This document shows positions 1 to 12,190 of a stretch of DNA of 64,000 nt, piece after piece. This DNA comes from Chiloscyllium plagiosum (taxonomy: Eukaryota): positions 6,806,529 to 6,870,528 of the forward strand of contig NC_057755.1 of the NCBI RefSeq assembly GCF_004010195.1, in the 5' to 3' direction. The notes beneath the pieces were generated by a model. It was not told the origin of the DNA. It searched no databases and saw only the letters and a program-made list of their open reading frames with translations. The stretch's first letter is position 1. Each line of letters begins with the position of its first letter. The position numbers were made by a program, and so were the translations under genes.

Positions 1-3000
1 GTGAGGCGAGGAACAGTCAGTTAATACAGCTAACACGTGGCTGCGAGGCTCGTGAAGGACGGAGGGCTTCAGATACCTAGACCATTGGGATAACCTTTGG
101 GGAAGTTGGTACCTGTACATGAAGGACGGGTTGCACCTGAACTGGAGGGGCACAAATGTCCTTGGTGGGAGATTTGCTCGTGTGATTCGGGAGTTTTTAA
201 ACTTGTTTGGTAGGGGGGTGGGAATCAGTGCCACATATCTGAGCGGGGACAGTCGCAGATGGGGCAGAGACAGGATGTAGTGAATCTATCTGGAAGGTTT
301 CTCACGCAATGAAACAAAGGGATCAGTTAAAGTGTGTCTGCTATAACGCAAGGAATGTCAGAAACAACAGTGACGAACTTAGAGCATGGAACAGTACTTG
401 TGACTGCGATGTTTAGGCAACAACATATACGTGAGTTTCACAGGGGCAGGAATGATTGTTTGATATTCCAGTGTTTAGAACATTTAAAAATAACAGGGAG
501 GGTGGAAAAAGAGGAGGGGTGTAGCAGTGTTAATCAGAGTGAATCACAGCTACAGAAATGATGGTTGTCGAGAAACGTTTGTCGCCTGAGTCAGTGTGGG
601 TGGAAGTTAGGAACACTAAGGGAACATCCACCTCATTGGAGGTTCTCGACAGACCACCTAATAGTAGTAAAACGATTGAAGAACTCATAGGTGGGCAGAT
701 CCTGGAAAAATGCAGATGTTGTAGGGTTGTTGCAATGGGTGATTTCAACTTTCCTCATATCGACTGGAAACTTCAAAGTGCAGATGGATTGGATGGGGAC
801 GTTTTTGGCTGGTATGTTCAAGAGGATTTCCTTACTCAGTATGTGGACAGGTCGACGAGGGGAGAAGTCATATTGGATTTGGTGCTCGGTAATGAATCAG
901 GACAGGTATCAGATCTCGTGGTGGGAAAAGACTTTGGTGACAGCGATTGCAACTGCCTTACATTTACCATAGCCTTGGAGAGGGAAAGGAGCAGTTATCG
1001 AGGGAAGATATCTAATTGGGGAAAAGGAAATTATGACGCTCTCAGACAGGAGTTGGGAGCATAGACGGGGAGCAATTGTTCCACAGAAAGGCCACAGTAG
1101 ATATATGGAGACAATTTAAGGAGCAGTTGTTGCGAGTGATGCACGAATTTGTTCCTCTGAGACAGGTAAGAAAGCGTAAGACTAAGGAGCCTTGGATGAC
1201 GAGAACAGAGTAATTTCTGGAAGGAAGAAGGCAGCTACGTAAGGTGGAGGAAGCAAGGATTGCAGGCTTGCTCGAATGGAGCTCAGAAATGGACTGAGCA
1301 GAGCCAGGAGGTGGCACGTAAGCGGTTTGCAAGAACGATTATGGAGAATTCAAAGGCCATCATTTCATACGTGAGGAATGAGAAAATGACTAGGGAGAAA
1401 GTAGGGCTGATCAGGGATAATGGAGGGAACATGTGCATGAAGTCTGAGCAGCTAGGGGAAGCGCTAAATGAGATGTATTGCTTTAGTTTCCACGAAGGAA
1501 AGGGATTTTGTTGTGAATGAAAACTGAGGAGCTGGGATTTAGGCTGAACCAAATCAAGATTAGTAAAGTTGATGTGCTGGAAATTTTGGCAAACATTAAG
1601 ATTGATACGTCCCCAGGGACAGACCAGATTTATCGTAGGCTGCTCCCAGAAGCGCGAAAGGAGTTTGCTAAGCAGCTGCCGAAGATCTTTGCCTCGTCAC
1701 TCTGAACGGGAGTCATACTGGAGGATTGAAATGAGGCAAATGTTGTTGCTTTTTTCAAGAAGGACAACAGGGTACTCCTGGGCAATTGCAGACCAGTCAG
1801 TGTGAAGTCTGTGGTCAGCAAATGTTTGGAAAGAAGTCTGATGGATACGATTGATGACTATTTGGCAAAGCATGGTGCTCTTAAAGGTAGACAGCATGGC
1901 TTTATCAGGAGCGCATTATGCCTCACCATCCATATTGAGTTATTTGAGGTGCCTGACAAGATAGGTCGGTGAAGGTAGAGCAGTGGATGTGGTGTATCTG
2001 GACTTTAGCAAGGCATTTGACAAGGTTCCCCATGGTAGGCTCATTCATAAAGTCAGGAAGTATGGGATACAGGGAGTTTTGGCTATCTGGATTCAGAATT
2101 GGTTGGCTGACAGAAAATCTTCCGCCTGGAGGTCAGTGACGAGTGGTGTCCCGTAGGGCTGTGTTCTTGGGCCTCTGCTCTTTGTAGTTTTTTTAAATGA
2201 CTTGGATGAGGAGTTTGAGGGTAAGGTTAGTAAATTTGAAGATGACACAAAGATTGGAGGTGCCGTTAATAGTATAGAGGGCTATTGCAGGCTGCAGTGC
2301 GACATAGACAGGTTGTAGGACTGGACTGAGAATTGGCAGATGGAGTTCAACCTGGATAAATGTGAAATGATGCATTATTGATCGTCTAACTCGAATGCTG
2401 AATATAGGATTAAATAGAGGATTCTTGGCATTGTAGAGGAACAGAGTGATCTTGGTGTTGAAGTGCATAGATCCCTCAAAGTTGCCACACAAATAGATAG
2501 GGTTGTTAAGAAAGCATATGCTATTTTGGCTTTCATTAACAGGGGGATAGAGTTTAATCGCTGCGAGGTTTTGCTACAGCACTACAAGTCCAGGGTGAGA
2601 CCACACTTGGAATATTGTGTCCAGTTCTGGTCGCCCTACTATGGGAAAGATACAGAAGCTTTGGAGAGGGTGCAAAGAAGGTTTACTAAGACGCTCCCTG
2701 GACTGGAGGGCTTGCCTTATGCGAAAGCTCCGATTTTTCTCTCAGGGGAGAAGGAGGAAGAGAGGAGACCTGATCGAGGAATACAAGACAATGAGAGGAA
2801 TAGCTAGATTCAATAGCCAGAAATTTTTCCCCAGGGCAGGATTGACTGGTACAAGTGGTCATCGTTTTAAGATATAAAGAGAAAGGTACAGAGGGGATGT
2901 CAGAGGTCGGTGCTTTACAGAGAGAGCTTTGAATGCAGGGAATGCATTTCCAGTGGTGTCGGTGGAACCAGATCATTAGGGACATTTAAGCAACTGCTGG

Positions 3001-3135
3001 ACATGCACATGGATAGCAGTGAGTTGCGGGATGCATAGGTTGCGGTAGTTTATTTTATATTAGGATTTAACATCAGCACATCTTGGGCCAAAGGGCCTGT
3101 TCAGTGCTGTGCGTTTATATGTTCTATGTTCTATC
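1..3135 (+). mobile_element. CR1-clade LINE, decayed: end of ORF1 (esterase-like), ORF2 APE endonuclease + reverse transcriptase, 3' tail
   Basis: ORF 558-1064 has APE motifs (MGDFNFPHIDW, ILDLVLGN). RT remnants include DVVYLDFSKAFDKVPH (~1985-2030), KFEDDTKIGG (~2230-2260) and RPHLEYCVQFWSP (ORF 2463-2807). Ends in a (TTCTATG)n-like tail at ~3120-3135. Many stops and frameshifts. Confidence 0.93.
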
Positions 3136-3639
3136 TAGATCTCTGGGGATTTGGGCCATATCCTCAGCCCCCGAGTTAGCACCTTTCAAGTACAGATCTG
3201 AGTCTCCCGCTGGTTGCTGGCAGCTGGGTGTTGGGTGGTGTGAGCTCGGCACTGGATGCTGTACAGTGGACCACTGGGTGCTGGGGACTGGATGATGGAC
3301 GATGAGCGCAGGGCATGTGAAGCTGGGTCTGGGCACCATTGACTGCATATGGCACTGACGAGGCGATGTAGCAGAACTGAACAGCTGGAAGGTGCTCAAT
3401 TGCCTTCCATTCACGTACATGTGGTCTGTGGAGGGGAAGGTGTTGGGGGATGTGAGGGTGTGGCCACTGCCTTGGCGGTTGCCAGTCCACAACCAGCTAC
3501 CAACCTCCTGGAGTGGTCTACCCCGTCACACACTATGTGTCAGAAAGGGTCCAGCCAAGTGTGCCAACTGGGGGTGGGGCATTTGGGCTGCACTGGCAAT
3601 GCCACCTGACAGATAGTCAGTGCAGACTAAACGAGGTGG

Positions 3640-5556
3640 AGTAAGATGTATTGTACTCCTCTACTACACATTCAGAGCACGCTGTATCGTCCTGGTCTCT
3701 TGCACAGTCAGAGCAGACTGCATGGCACTGGTCTTCTGTATAATCACAGCACGCTGTATCATACAGGCCTGCTGCACAGAGCACGTTTTACCTTGCTGGT
3801 CTACTGCACAATCAGAGCGCATTTTGTCATACTGGTCTGCTGCGCAGTCAGAGCAGGACGTAACTGACTCGCCCACTGCACATTCAGATAATTCTATATT
3901 GTACAAGACCACCATACTGTACAAGAAAATAGTACGTGTCTACAACACAGAGTAATTTGTATCACACTGGTCTACTGCACAATCAGATTCCGCTGTATCT
4001 TACTGGTCTACTGCATAGAACACGCTGAATTGTACGGTTCTGCTGCACAATCTGAACATGCAGTACTGTTCTACTGTACAGAAACGCTATAATGTAGTCA
4101 TCTTTTGAACAATCAGAGAACGTTCTGTTGCACTTTTTTATTGCAGAATCAGAGCACACTATATCATACTGGTCCAACTGCACACTCACAGCACGCTGTG
4201 TCATTCTGGTCTGCTTCCTAATCAGAGCACACAAGATCGAAATGCTCTACTGGACAATCAGAACACACTGTATCTTATTGGTCTCCCACACAATTAGAGG
4301 ATGCTGTATTGTACTGGTCTACTACATTGCTAGAGCATACTGTATCACACTGGTCTGCTGCACAATCAGAGAACACTGTATCGAACTGGTCTGTTGCACA
4401 GAGTACTCTGTATTGTACTGGTCCACTGAACATTCAGATCATGTTGTATCGTACTGGTCTGATGCACAGAGTATGCTGTATTGTACTGGTCTACTGAGCA
4501 ATCAGAGCACGCTGCATTGTACTGGTCTACTGCACAATAAGAGTGCACTGTATCATAATAAGTGACTGCACTATTAGAGCACGCTGCATCCTATTGGTCT
4601 ACTGCATAAACAGAACACCTGATATAGTATTGATCTAATGTACAGAGTATGGTGCATCGCACTGGTCTATTCCACAGAGCATGCTGTATCGTGCTGGTCT
4701 GCTGCACAATCAGAGGACGTGTCTCCTACTGGTCTACTGCACAAACAGAGCACAATGTATCGTACTGATCTACTGTGCTGTATGTTACCAGTCTGATGCA
4801 CAAAGCATCCTGTAGTGCATTGGTCTCCTGCACAATAACAGGACATTTTCTCTTATTAGCCTACTGTGCAACCAGAGCATGGTGTATCATACTAATCTCC
4901 TGCACAAAGTGCGCTCCATCGTACTGGTCTACTGTACAGAACGTGCTGTACATTATGCAATTGCACAATCAGACCACACTGTATCATATTGGTCTACTTG
5001 ACAATCAGAGCACGCGGTATCATACTGGTCTACTGCAAAGATGTACGATACTGGTCTACTGAACAATCAGAGCATTCTGTATCGATCTGAACTATTGAAC
5101 AATCAGAGCGCGCTGTATCATACCGGTTTCCTGCACAATCAGAGCACTCTGCATCGACTGGTCGACTGCATAGAGCGTGCTGCGTTGTACTGGTCTATCG
5201 CACAGGGCGTGCTGTATCGTACTGGTCTGTTGCACAGAGCACGCTGCATCATACTAGTCTACTGCAAATCAGAGCATTCTGTATTATACTCATCTACAAA
5301 AGAATCAGAGCACGCTTAGTGAACTTGGCTACTGCACAGTCAGAACACGCAGAACTGTACTTGTCTACTGAACAAACAGAGCAAGTTGTATAATACTCGT
5401 CTATTGCAAAAACAGAGCATGCTGTATAACATTGGTCTCCTGCACAGTCAGAGCATGCTGTATCACACTGATGTACTGCACAATCAGAGCACGCTGTATC
5501 GTATTGGTCGACTGCAGAGAAAGAGTGCGTTGTATTGCACTGGTCTATTGCACAAT
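3640..5556. repeat. Degenerate minisatellite, ~36 bp unit with ~32 bp variants
   Basis: Recurring unit resembling CAGAGCACGCTGTATCGTACTGGTCTACTGCACAAT over ~1.9 kb. Some units lack CAAT. It generates many spurious Cys/Tyr/His-rich ORFs. Confidence 0.93.
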
Positions 5557-5722
5557 GAGAGTGAGTGCGTGCAAGGGAGTGTGTGTGATCGCGAGAGAGA
5601 GTACATGCATGAGAAAGAGTGCATATGTGCACGATAGAGAGAGCGTATGCGTCTTTGAGCAAAGGAGAGTGCATGTGTGCACAAGAGTGTGTGTATGCAA
5701 GAGACGGACTGTGTGCGTGCAA
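5557..5722. repeat. GA/GT-rich simple repeat
   Basis: Interspersed (GA)n and (GT)n tracts directly after the minisatellite. Confidence 0.7.
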
Positions 5723-6264
5723 GAAGGAGCCTATCCAGATATAAGCATTTCATACTCGTTTGATGAAAAGCGGAACGTTTATCTGCTTTGTTTTGCAAAC
5801 TTAATTGTCACTTTGTCTTTGGATGAACTGCTGGACATGACAATACTGGAAACTGAATAACAGACGTTTGTATGCTTATAAGATAATTACCAAGAAGCCC
5901 ACATGAAATTGTGAATGATCTATCAAATATGAACAATGTAATTGAAGTTTTATAAACTGCAACTGAGGCTGTAAAAAGGAACAAAGTGGGAAAAAGACAC
6001 CAATCAGAGTATTTCTGACATCCGGTAATTTGCATTCAAAACATAAGTTTATGGAAATTAAGATGGGATCTTCATCCCGATTAGAGATAGACACTGACTT
6101 GCCTGTAATTTGAGATATGTCCAACAATTTAGTTCGAAAATAAGTTCATGTCTAAATGAACGATTTCCCGGCATTTCAGCTATGTTCGAGGGGAACAAAT
6201 TAGATTTTAGACAATTCGCCTTGAAGATTCTCAGCACAATTTATTGAGTTAGAAATACAGACAC

Positions 6265-6580
6265 GTCGTAGAAAGGAAGAGTAGTCTGCCATTCAGCTTG
6301 TCTGACCCTTACTGTGATAAAGCTGATCGTCCAACTCAGTATATTCTCCCACATCCACACCATGTACTGTTAACCCCGCTTTCCAAAGAACTATACCTAC
6401 ATTTTCACTGGAAGTCTTAAATGCTTTTGCCTCAACACATTCCTATGGAAAAATAAAATTTCACAGTTTCGCCACTTTCTGGGTTACGAAATTTCTCCTC
6501 AGCACATCACACTGTTAAAAATGCTTACTCTGTACCCTTAAACTATGGCTCTTGGTTCTGGAAGTACGTATTGCCTGGCT
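6265..6580 (-). mobile_element. Old CR1-type LINE 3' end remnant
   Basis: Degenerate similarity to the reverse complement of CR1 3' ends elsewhere in the window (gccattcagc..., ccactttctgggttacgaaatttctcctc). Confidence 0.5.
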
Positions 6581-6800
6581 GGTCTCGGGGTCGATCGTCC
6601 TCTGAAAATCTTTGCATTGTTTCAACAATAATCGTATTAATATTAAATTAATCAGTTCATGGAAAATGTCGGAAATGGGATACTTGATTGCTACTGGCTT
6701 TTGAGTAACATCTGAACTTGTAGTATTGGTTTCAGAGATCATGATCAAGCATCCTAGGGCAGTTTATCCAAACTGAAAATGAAAAATAATGTTCATTCAC

Positions 6801-6870
6801 CAGGGACACCGATGATTGCAAGAACAGGGTAATAAATCTCCTTTATCAGCAGAATAGTTGGTTGGTTCAT
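6801..6870 (-). CDS. gpr139-like: First coding exon of a GPR139-like GPCR (MNQPTILLIKEIYYPVLAIIGVP, phase-1 donor); exon 2 is not in the window and presumably lies to the left
   Basis: ATG at 6870-6868. The exon is 70 nt (23 codons + 1), followed by donor GTGAAT at 6800-6795. The YYPxLAxxGxP N-terminus/TM1 start fits the phase-1 (G)CA AAC CTG start of the 7TM exons in this window. Confidence 0.85.
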
Positions 6871-6950
6871 ATATTTCACTGAAACGTATATTGCATCGTG
6901 TTGGACGTGATCCCTCAGAGCAGAACCTGGGCACAGCAGTCGAAGGCAAT

Positions 6951-7330
6951 GTTGCGGTTCTCTTCGCCGAGCTGGAAGTTTTTGTTGCAAACGTTTCGTC
7001 CCCTGGCTAGACGACATCCTCAGTGCTTGAGAGCCTCCTGCGAAGCGCTTCTTTGATGTTTCCTCCGGTGTTTATAGTGGTCTGTCCCTGCCGCTTCCGG
7101 TTGTCAGTTTCAGCTGTCCGCTGTTGTGGTTGGTGTATTGGGTCCAGGTCGATGTGTTTGTTTATGGAGTTTGTGGATGAATGCCATGCCTCTAGGAGTT
7201 CGCTGGCTGTTCTCTGTCTGGCTTGCCCTATGATAGTAGTGTTGTCCCAGTCGAATTCATGTTGCTTGTTGTCTGCGTGTGTGGCTAGTAAGGATAGCTG
7301 GTCGTGTCGTTTCGTGGCTAGTTGATGACA
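6951..7330 (-). mobile_element. 5'-truncated Penelope-like element (end of GIY-YIG region + 3' pLTR with hammerhead motif)
   Basis: ORF 7007-7342 (HQLATKRHDQLSLLATH...HEFDWDNTTII...ELLEAWHS...SINKHIDLDPIHQP) resembles a PLE C-terminus. GAAGGCAAT is duplicated at 6942-6950 and 7335-7343. Confidence 0.85.
6985..7027 (-). ncRNA. Minimal hammerhead ribozyme motif within the PLE pLTR
   Basis: Minus strand reads GCA-CTGAGGA-T-GTCgtctagccagggGAC-GAAACGTT-TGC: CUGANGA box, GUC/GAC stem II, GAAA box, UH site, and a short GCA/UGC stem I. Confidence 0.65.
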
Positions 7331-7351
7331 ATATGAAGGCAATATGAACTA

Positions 7352-7485
7352 AAAAAAAGACCTGCGGATGATGGAAGTCTGAAACGAATACTGAGAATGC
7401 TGGACAAATGTGGCAGATTTGGTATCGTTTCTGAAGAGAGAAACAACGGAATATTTCCAGCCAAGTAAATCTTCATCAACACTGA
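7352..7485 (-). mobile_element. Old PLE pLTR-derived short repeat
   Basis: Degenerate similarity to the pLTR ends at 25110-25230 (ctgcggatgatgga...atgctgga...ggcagatttggtatc...cttcatcaac). Confidence 0.5.
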
Positions 7486-8619
7486 AAGCAGCTGGGGTAG
7501 AAGGGGAAGGAATCAATAGCATAAATGGAGATGGTGCGAATACTGATCGTGTTGTAAGAAACGAGAGGCAAACAAAGGGATTACTGATGATGAGCCAAGA
7601 CAGCAAAGCTCAGTTGGGTGCTGACGTGAATTCTGAATGGTTAAAACTGGATTAGCAGTGTTGGGAATCTATTTAACGGGGTGGAGTGCTATTGGGGAGG
7701 TTAACGAATAGGGGGGAGAATGATTACGTTCTCAAACTACCAGATTTAACAACGGATCCACCTCCAAACGAACCCAAAAGGTTATTGGTAATTCGCATAA
7801 TTTGCGGTCTTTTAACAAATTAATTTGAACAGATATTCTTGCTTGATACGCCAGACGATAACACAATGGAAGATTGGGCAGTTTCTGGAAACGGAGACCC
7901 ATATTTCCATGTGGATTGTGATATTGTCCAATTCTAGCTTTTGCTGAATAGCAGAAAATAGTGACCCTTGCTTCCTTGTTTTTCTTTCCAAATTAAAATG
8001 TTAAAGTGTGATTGAGTAGAAATCTTCAACATGTTAACAGGCTTTCTGATGTCAAGGCAACTCAGTTAAGGGCCAACCGTAATTACATAGTATCAGAAGA
8101 AATACAGCTTTGTCTCTGAATAGCACTTGATGGCTTGCAAGGCTTTGTTGTTGTGCTATAGGCCACACGCGCTGAAGAATCTGTTCAGCATGGGTCAGAA
8201 CTATGGATCACGTGTGTTCTTTCGCACTGAAGTTGAATAAGCGCTCGTGTGTCACAGGTGTAGTTGCTCAAACAGAAGCACACGTCATTCTTGCTGCTTT
8301 CGAGCTTTTGTAGCACAGTGGCAGTGGCAGAGGGTACCATGAGGAACAGTTGTTGGAAGTGGACGATCCCAGGAGTAATGGATGATCATTTGCAAAATCA
8401 TGATTAGTGTAGGCCTGCAATATTGTTGGGGCTACAGTTTAATCGCTTCAGTAAATGACGGGCCATCACTGTATAACTGCTAGTAAAAAAGTACATCAAC
8501 ACCAGTTTAGGGGAACAGAGACACCTGTGGTGTGACATGGGATTGCACAAAGATCAAACTTGTTGTGAGTACAAATAGCGCGCCGATGACAAATCTGGGA
8601 CTGTTTATTCGAGCAACAT

Positions 8620-8935
8620 AGCAGCTTTGGAACAGGAGGAAGTCATTCAGCCTCTCGAGCTGTTCATTTATTGAATAAGATCATGGTTGGTCTGTCACCT
8701 AATTACATGTACTTGCCTTTGGCTAATCTCTCTTGGTACCTTTGCTGAACAAAAGAAAACTATCTTTCCCAGATTTACAATGAGCAATTGATCCAGCCTC
8801 CACTGCTATTTGCGAAAGAGAGTTCCTTCACCTACCCTTGTGTATAGAAATGCTTTCTAACATGTCCCCATAATGCTCTGGTCCCAATTCGAAGACTCTT
8901 CAGTCCGATTCTCGATTTTCTCAACTCGTGAAAAT
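8620..8935 (-). mobile_element. Old CR1-type LINE 3' end remnant
   Basis: gaacaggaggaagtcattcagcctctcgagc...aataagatcatggttgg... resembles the antisense CR1 3' end. A similar remnant lies at ~10625-10815. Confidence 0.55.
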
Positions 8936-11244
8936 ATTTTGTCTTTATCTAATCTGCTCCTTATTGTATTTTGAAGTTACTTTCTTGGTATTTTCATATT
9001 CTTAGAGGTAACATGAAGCAGACTGTGTCTCTGTTAATGTGTTATCGTGTATTTTAGTGTGTAAGTGTGTTAGCTCGTTTGTCTGAGAGCGTTAGTGTGT
9101 TACTGTATTACTTAGTTTGTTAGAGTGTGTTAGTGAGTGTGTTAGAATCTCTGTGTGTGTTATGGTTGGGTAAGGAGATATCATACTCTGTCATCAAATA
9201 CCGTGAGCTCCTTAATATGAAGTTTAAATATTGCCCACAAATGGGTCTGAAATTTCTCTGTTCCAGCTAACTATTCTCTTTAAAATAGTTCTCACTCAGA
9301 GAGACCTGCGTCTTTAATAGGTGATCAATAAATCTTCTGCAATCAAGTTCCACATCAATTAGAGATGAGTTGACCTTATCCATTGTTTATTTGTGCTACC
9401 AATATCCTCCAAGTTCGTTGTTTTAGGGCCCGCCCAAGGGCAAAGATATATTTTATCTTGAACAACCGAGACTGAAACCACCAAGAAATTTGATGGGCAC
9501 AGATTTATTTTCATGGCTTTCTTTACAATAACCTGTGTCTGAACTGCTAGCAAGAGCAAAGAAAAAGCTTTATTTTCACCTCTGCAGGGGAGCAATAAAC
9601 TTGGCAAAAAGCCTTGTGTCAGAGTCCTGAACAAGCTTCACATATTCTTTTCACTTATTCTTATCACTCGCCCAATGACAAGAGCTGGGAACATTCGAGC
9701 GCCTTGTTTTCTTATTCCTTTGCCGTGGGTATAATTGATTACTATCTTTATGCTTCCCTCAGCTTTTTTTCTGAATTCGACTGCTCGCAAGGTCAGGTTG
9801 CCCGTTTGCAAAGTTCAGCAAAACCAAGCTGTCTCTACTGCAAGATTTAGCAAAACATTAAATTTAGCAATGCATTATTTTTCAGATTTGACTGTAAATG
9901 TTAATTTTATTAATTTTCCATTACACTGGTAATCGAGAAATAGAGAGGCACAAGGGTGAATGTAGGAAACAGTTGCCTTGAACAACGTCTCCTTGTTCAA
10001 TCTTTGTCCAGAACGTTCGAGTCTTTATGAGCTGCTCTACGGTTCGTGATTTTCTCATGTACTTTCTGAGCTCATAAAAAGGAGACTTGCTCAGGGCATA
10101 TTAATTAATAAACCATGCAACGATTGCATCAGTAGCATTTTCAACTATTTCAATTATACCATAATAAATATGATCTAGCCATGAATCCCTTTTCAAAATT
10201 GAGGTAAACACATTTCTCTATCGGCATTGTGAAAATTATAATTATGCTAGATGTGCAATGTAAATTTGGGAATCAACTAAGATGTTGCCAAGAGTTTAGA
10301 AAATGCAATTAACATTAAAATCTGCATTGACACATTTGCATCATTGCTGTGTCTGTCCTGAATAATTATATCCCACTGACAAGCTTCGAGTTGAGCTTAA
10401 TCAGTTAATGACTCTTGGAAAGATTAATTGGATTATCTGACATTCCATTAACGTTGCGTTTCTGGAAAATGTTAACGCAAGCACATAATATCAACTTTGT
10501 ACCTTTTCCACGACAAACATTATTCCATGTAAATTCTTTTAATATTGCTTGGTTTTATTGTCTTGACCTTTTTTTGAAGATTTATGCAACAGCAATTCAA
10601 GATCATTCCATGTCGGAAGGCAGTAACAAATAGGAACAGCAATCGGCCACTCGACCGATTTAGCCCGCTTTGACATCCAATAGGACCATGGCTGATTGGA
10701 GCTTCCTCATGTCCACTTGCTTATCCTATTCCCATATCCCTTTATTCCCGTCCTGATTAAGGATCTATCTTTCTCAGCCTTAAATATACACCAGTACGCT
10801 GTCCTCACTGCTGTCCATCGGAAATGAAGTTAAAACTCTACAACAATAAACGTATGCCATGCAACGTCCAGTAATACCAAAGGATGGTCACCACACTGGA
10901 TGATCAATGACATCAATGCTCATGACAAATCAAAACTGTCTATTTTACTGTCTAAATGAACGAGGATACTTTATGACTCGTCTAGTTAACCAGAACTGAA
11001 ATCAAGCCAAAACATTACAGCGAATAATGACTTATTCCTGTTCCTAACGTGTGTGTGCCAATCACCTTCGTTCTGTGATGTTATTCCATTTGTTCGTTTT
11101 GGTGAAAAGTGCACCTGTTATTCACCTGCGTCATCTCTTCATGGACACATGAGTGAAATGGAGCAGCAAAAATCTCTTCAGTGAACGTTATTCTGGTCGT
11201 GTTGCATCACCTTTATTTTGTTCTCAACGAGGGACATATTGCTG

Positions 11245-11250
11245 TATAAA
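11245..11250 (+). promoter_or_regulatory. Candidate TATA box of the plus-strand GPR139-like gene
   Basis: TATAAA about 80 nt upstream of the ATG at 11326. Confidence 0.4.
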
Positions 11251-11325
11251 TAAGGACTATTGAATCCCCCAAATGTGTTGCAAGTGAATGCAAAATCTGG
11301 GTACATTTCCAACATTCTTCAGAGA

Positions 11326-11394
11326 ATGATGCAGTCAACAATTGTCCAGATGAAGATATTTTACTATCCAATTCTGGCAGCTTCGGCATTCCGG
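11326..11394 (+). CDS. gpr139-like: First coding exon of the plus-strand GPR139-like GPCR; apparent net -1 frameshift (pseudogenised or sequencing error)
   Basis: The ATG frame reads MMQSTIVQMKIFYYPILAA. The terminal FGIP+G before the canonical donor GTAAGT (11395-11400) is in a different frame. Length is 69 nt versus 70 nt for the paralogous exon at 6801-6870. Confidence 0.78.
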
Positions 11395-11574
11395 GTAAGT
11401 CAGCAAAATTCTGTTGTTTCATGCGGTCATTGAATTGTGACAGTTTCTGACAATATGCTCAGCGAAGATCCCTTAGACACAACGAAAGTAGGGCAAGAGG
11501 AGGCGATTCAATCCTTCAACTTGGATTGTGTTTGTATCCAATTTGGTGCAGGTAGAGCAGGCAGGCAATAAAGC

Positions 11575-12190
11575 AACTGGAAAATTCTGAATTATTGCTA
11601 AAAGGATGAAGTATCAATATAGAGAAGTGATCCTGCAACTATACAAGGCATTAGAGAGTCTGCACATGGATCACTGCTTAACATTTCGAACCCATTAACT
11701 GAGGAATTATGTCCTTCCATTGAAGACAGGTCAGAAGTAGTTTACTAGATGGATGCCAGTGGGGTTTGTCATTAGAACCAAAACTGAGTAGTTGAATCAG
11801 ATACTCTCTGGATTTTAGAAGATTGAGTGGAGAACTAATAGAGGCAGATTGGAAGTTAAATGGAATCAGCATAGTAGTTGTCGACCAGATGTTTCCTTGC
11901 TGGCACAGTCGAGGGGGAGGATGAGGGGGAGCAGATTTAAAACCAGATGCGAAGGACCTCCTTCCCTCAAAGAACCATGAATCTGTTTAATTCAGACCAA
12001 TATTGCATAGTAGGTGTTGGGACAATGATTAAATTTAGGGAAGGGTGAGAAAGATTTTGTAATGTGCAGTATACTTCAGGATTGTGGAGAGTGGGCAACA
12101 AAGTGAGACTGAGATGAGAACAGCTATGATGGTAAAAAAGTTGGAACAGGATTGAGGGATTGAATGGCCTCCCCCACTCCTACTACGCAT
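11575..12190 (+). mobile_element. Old CR1 LINE 3' fragment (intronic)
   Basis: Degenerate RT C-terminal sequence (gaagtgatcctgcaactatacaaggcattagagagtctgcacatgga) and a 3' UTR-like end (gggattgaatggcctcc). Confidence 0.65.

Noticed and set aside
558..2877. Active LINE or host RT gene
   Set aside because: Multiple stops and frameshifts. No TE in the window has an intact ORF2.
3640..5556. CRISPR-like array or Cys-rich protein gene
   Set aside because: The units are contiguous and degenerate with no unique spacers, the context is eukaryotic, and the ORFs appear in all frames as a by-product of the repeat.
6793..7017. 74 aa ORF as a PLE-GPCR fusion protein
   Set aside because: It starts at a non-ATG codon inside the PLE pLTR and is in frame with exon 1 probably by chance. 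The ATG at 6870 matches the paralog's start.
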